DNA from: Octopus sinensis
Taxonomy: Eukaryota
DNA: 60,877 bases
Assembly: GCF_006345805.1 (NCBI RefSeq)
Contig: NW_021832399.1
Coordinates: forward strand, 1-60,877
Direction: 5' to 3'
Both the position numbers and the translations under genes were made by a program. Of this stretch, positions 56,993 to 60,877 are shown piece by piece; within the stretch, counting starts at the first letter, position 1, and each line of letters begins with the position of its first letter. The notes beneath the pieces are model-generated. The model was not told the DNA's origin and made no database searches. It saw only the letters and a program-made list of their open reading frames with translations.

Positions 56993-57216
56993 AACCTATA
57001 TTTCCAGATCTTTGTATTTTGAAAGTTTTTTCGTTTCTGTTAAAGAAACATCGTCATCTGTTGGTATTGATACATCGATTAGAAATAATTTTTTTCTCTT
57101 GGTGATGTAACACAACTATATCCAGCTTATTGGCCTTAATTTCTCTATCTGTATGTATTGGCATATCTCAGAGTATGGTTGCTTTTTTAATTTTCCGCGA
57201 CCTTTTATGGCGTGCG
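56993..57216 (-). mobile_element. R4/Dong-like RLE fragment, diverged
   Basis: Similar to the reverse complement of ~17730-17950 (PIHTDREIKAN..DIVV...FLIDVSIP..D...KYKDLEI); its 5' side abuts (ATT)n. Confidence 0.8.
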
Positions 57217-57233
57217 TTATTATTATTATCATT

Positions 57234-57612
57234 AAGGCGGCGAGCTGGCAGAACCGTTAGCACGCCGGGCAAAATGCGTAGCCGTATTTCGTCTGCTGTT
57301 ACTTTCTGAGTTCAAATTCCGCCGAGGTCGACTTTGCCTTTCATCATTTCGGGGTTGATAAATTAAGTACCAGTTACGCACTGGGGTCGATGTAATCGAC
57401 TTAATACCTATGTCTGTCCTTTTTTGTCCCCTTTATGTTTAGCCCCTTGTGGGCAATAAAGAAATAGGTATTTCGTCTGTCTTTACGTTGAGTTCAAATT
57501 CGCCGAGGTCGACTTTGCCTTTTATCCTTTTGGGGTCGATAAATTAAGTACCAGTGAAACACTGGGGTCGATGAAATCGACTATCCCCGTCCCTCAAATT
57601 TCAAGCATTGTG
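57234..57612 (+). mobile_element. SINE family 2, dimeric form
   Basis: Full head AAGGCGGCGAGCTGGCAGAACCGTTAGC; the GTATTTCGTCTG...ATCGACT segment occurs at ~57285-57400 and ~57467-57582. Confidence 0.9.
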
Positions 57613-57630
57613 CCTTCAGTAGAAACGATT

Positions 57631-57700
<70 letters not shown>

Positions 57701-58284
57701 TCATCATCATCGTCATCATCATCATCATCATCATCATTTCCGTTTTCAAAACTAAGGACGGTACGAGAGACAAGCCCAAATGGGAAGGGACAATCCTGCC
57801 CATAAAGTGGTCCCATAAAATTTGAAAAGCAATAGCTCAAGATTCCCCATCAAAATAACAGCAATGACGTCGACCTCTGACTTGGGATCACTTTAGTGAT
57901 GGAATATAAACAGGTGGTCAGTACAAACATAACTTTCAGTAATGTGCAGTCAGATACAATGAGCAGTTACATATAAGTTCCTATGATCCTTCAGATTTGC
58001 ATTCTGTAGTAAGTGGTAAGAAGAATCCCTTAAGATTGAGTATCCTAGGCAGAAGACGCAACTACTACACATGCGGCAGTAAAAAATATTTAAGAACTTT
58101 GTACCCAGAAATTTCGAAAGAGGAAGAACAACAGCAACAAACTGGGGAGGCTGTTACTAAGGCGGCATAGCAGAACATGGCGCACCGATCGTAACTTTGT
58201 AGACGTCGAAGAACATAAAATCGTTTTGGTCTCATTTCCTGGAGCCAATTAGGAAAGCTAGAAGCTTTCTTTTTCTGGCCACAG

Positions 58285-58485
58285 TCGGCTATAGCAATTA
58301 TGAGAAAAAGTGACTTGCAGCAAAACAAAAGCAACGAGAAGCGGATGGCGCTGAATTCTTCCTCATCTCATAGCAGTGCCACCCAGTCCAATTGCAAAAA
58401 TGATGACCAGACAAAAGACGATGGGAAACCTGTAGACGTTAGCCAAAAAACAAACCCACCAAAAGAGAGAAAAAAAAAAGAAAAG
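58285..58485 (+). CDS. candidate host exon (201 nt), unknown Lys/Ser-rich N-terminal-like segment
   Basis: Pyrimidine tract plus CACAG acceptor (58265-58284). ATG at 58300 opens 62 codons ending KERKKKEK exactly at AAG|GTAATT (phase 0). Non-repetitive sequence. Confidence 0.42.
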
Positions 58486-58537
58486 GTAATTATGTGCTCC
58501 TGTTAAATATTTTTACCAGAGGTTTGGAATCGTATGG

Positions 58538-58880
58538 TGTAGACGTGATTGTGTGATTAAGAAGCTCACTTTTTAAACATGTAATTTCAGGTTCAATCCC
58601 ATTGCACGGCACCTTGGTCTTCTACTATAGAGTGGGGTCAACCAATACCTTGCGAGTGAATTTCGTAGACAGAAACTGTGAAATCCCATCGTGCGTCTTC
58701 GTGTTTGTATTTGTCCCACTAGCTTGACAAACGGTGTTGGCTTCTTTACATCACCTAAAATAGTGGTTCGGACAAAGATACCGAAAGAACAATTACTGAA
58801 CGTTTTTTAAAAAAAAGTTACTGGGGCGATGACCGAGCAGGGCCTCAGTTCAAATAACTGTAGCAAGTAAAATATAAAAG
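58538..58880 (+). mobile_element. SINE family 1, diverged
   Basis: GGTTCAATCCCATTGCACGGCACCTTG, CAATACCTTGCGAGTGAATTTCGTAGACAGAAACTG, GCTTGACAAACGGTGTTGG. Confidence 0.75.
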
Positions 58881-59891
58881 AAAGATGTGCTGTCACCTTC
58901 CAGCGTTATTTATTCATTTGTTTATTGCATGTTCTGGATTACTTTTTGAGTTATCACCACTGATGACTGTTCAGATTCTGTTTTCATTGTTCTGATCAAT
59001 CTAGTCTGTGGCGATCCATTTGCTACCCACAGACCTTACTAGGAATATGTTCACGTAGCATTGATTTTTATGATATTTTATTCAATTTTTACATTATTCC
59101 GAATAGAAACGTTTGGTCTTTGGAGTCGAACTTTTTATTTTACTCAAAGAATCGTTATCACTTTTTCTACTGAGGAATTGTTTGAGATTTATCAAGGATA
59201 ATTTTCCAAGCACTTTTGACTTCGAAGACGTCAGTCTTTTTTAAAATCCTTTTGTTCTTTACTTTGATACACTTTCTGTAGTATGTATCTCTCATTTTTT
59301 TCCAGTTTTCGTTTCACTGTTAACTTCATTACGGATTATGAAATCTTCATATAATAATATATGCTTATTTTTTTCAGTTTATTATGTATTTGTTTCTTTA
59401 TCTCCATCCTCAACAACAACACCATCGTCACCATCACTACTATTACTGCTACTACTCTACCGTGTTTTCTAAATTAAATAACAAAGATTAATATGAAAGG
59501 AATGTGCGTGTGTATGCTTGTATGCGGATTTTGTTAGATGTATTCGGATTTTCAACTGTGTATGACTGCAACATTGCAGGTGCATGTATAATATCTGCAT
59601 TTCCCTAATTTTTCTTCCATGAGTATAAACACGCACACACATGCACACATACACACACACATAAACATATATAAACATATATAAAGCCCGTAAATGTGAG
59701 TATGTGGTGACGTAATAGAGACGAATAAACAATATTAACAACCACTTAGAAAGTTGCGAATTGCTAACATATAAAATATACTTACACATACATGTACATA
59801 TAGATATATATATATATATAGATATAATATATATATATATATATATATCTATATATATATATATATACATGTGTGCGTATGTCTATGAATA

Positions 59892-59928
<37 letters not shown>

Positions 59929-60075
59929 GCATGTATTATGCATGTATGTATGTAGTATGTATGTATGTATATATATATATAAATTATATATAGAATACGA
60001 TAAATTATATTAAATTCAAGTATATATCTAGATATATTTAAACTAGACACACACACACACACACACATAACACAC

Positions 60076-60119
<44 letters not shown>

Positions 60120-60382
60120 TATACATACATACATACATATATATAAATATACATAAATTTGTATGCATGCACACACCTAACACATACACAGTATTTATAC
60201 ATATATATATATAAATATAAAGACCCACCCACGCACACACAACACAATATATCTCCAAATGCGCATGCATGCATTTACCATAATTTACCGCAAACACACC
60301 TACCCTGCCCCTATATAATACATATATATATATTGTATATATATATATATATATTATATATTATATATATTATATATATATA

Positions 60383-60419
<37 letters not shown>

Positions 60420-60877
60420 GTATGTATGTATATACATATATTATATACATATATACACGCACACACACGCACACCACACACACACACATTATATATATAA
60501 ATTGTATTTCTAATTGAATTAAAATAAAGGCCTAATGGAATCGGAATACAATGAAAAACATCAATTGTATTTTCTCCGTTAGCTGTGAGAGAAATTGAAG
60601 AAAAAATGGCGGCAGATTCATTCGTAATTAAAGTGCTCATGCGCAACCATCACCACAACCGCTACCACCACCGCCAATAACAACAATATGCATCACAAGA
60701 AATAACAATAACAGTAGGAAAAATAACAATATCGCAATCTATTACAATTTCTGAAACAACAACAAGAACGGCAATAGTGATGACTACAATAACAAGATCA
60801 ACAATGACGGAACTAAATCTACGACGACGACAATATTACTAACATCATTAATAAAGTATCAATAAACCAAATTAACT

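Noticed and set aside
57990-58284. Longer frame upstream of the candidate exon (…KYLRTLYPEISKEEEQQQQ…)
   Set aside because: Three in-frame stops (58168, 58192, 58216) and no recognisable family; treated as intron or UTR.
60606-60680. AAAATGGCGGC (YY1-like/start-codon-like motif)
   Set aside because: The ORF is only 24 aa and runs into low-complexity sequence; the motif alone is insufficient.

Overview
Repeat-saturated, AT-rich eukaryotic DNA, almost entirely non-coding. The SINE families, LINE families and microsatellite load look like octopus (coleoid cephalopod) intergenic/intronic sequence; this attribution is from recognition, not a search. No intact gene, RNA gene or CRISPR array is supported, and nearly all ORFs in the supplied track are microsatellite read-throughs or TE fragments. 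Recognisable content: two near-full-length decayed mariner elements; a hAT transposase fragment; a dense cluster (6.9-21 kb) of R4/Dong-like restriction-like-endonuclease (RLE) LINE fragments at (AAT)n arrays; an internally deleted Tx1/L1-type LINE; Penelope-like, CR1-like and RTE-like fragments; three tRNA-type SINE families. Most interesting observations: (1) a 1.18-kb foldback element with identical 45-bp termini (49481-50658); (2) a ~550-bp non-coding element present four times, always in triplet-repeat tracts beside Dong-like LINEs, possibly their non-autonomous partner; (3) an RLE LINE flanked by CATA repeats on both sides, possibly a tetranucleotide-targeting lineage; (4) a candidate host coding exon at 58285-58485; (5) a signal-peptide-like ORF next to a Helitron-type terminus. 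Boundaries were read by eye; those marked approximate may be off by tens of bases.
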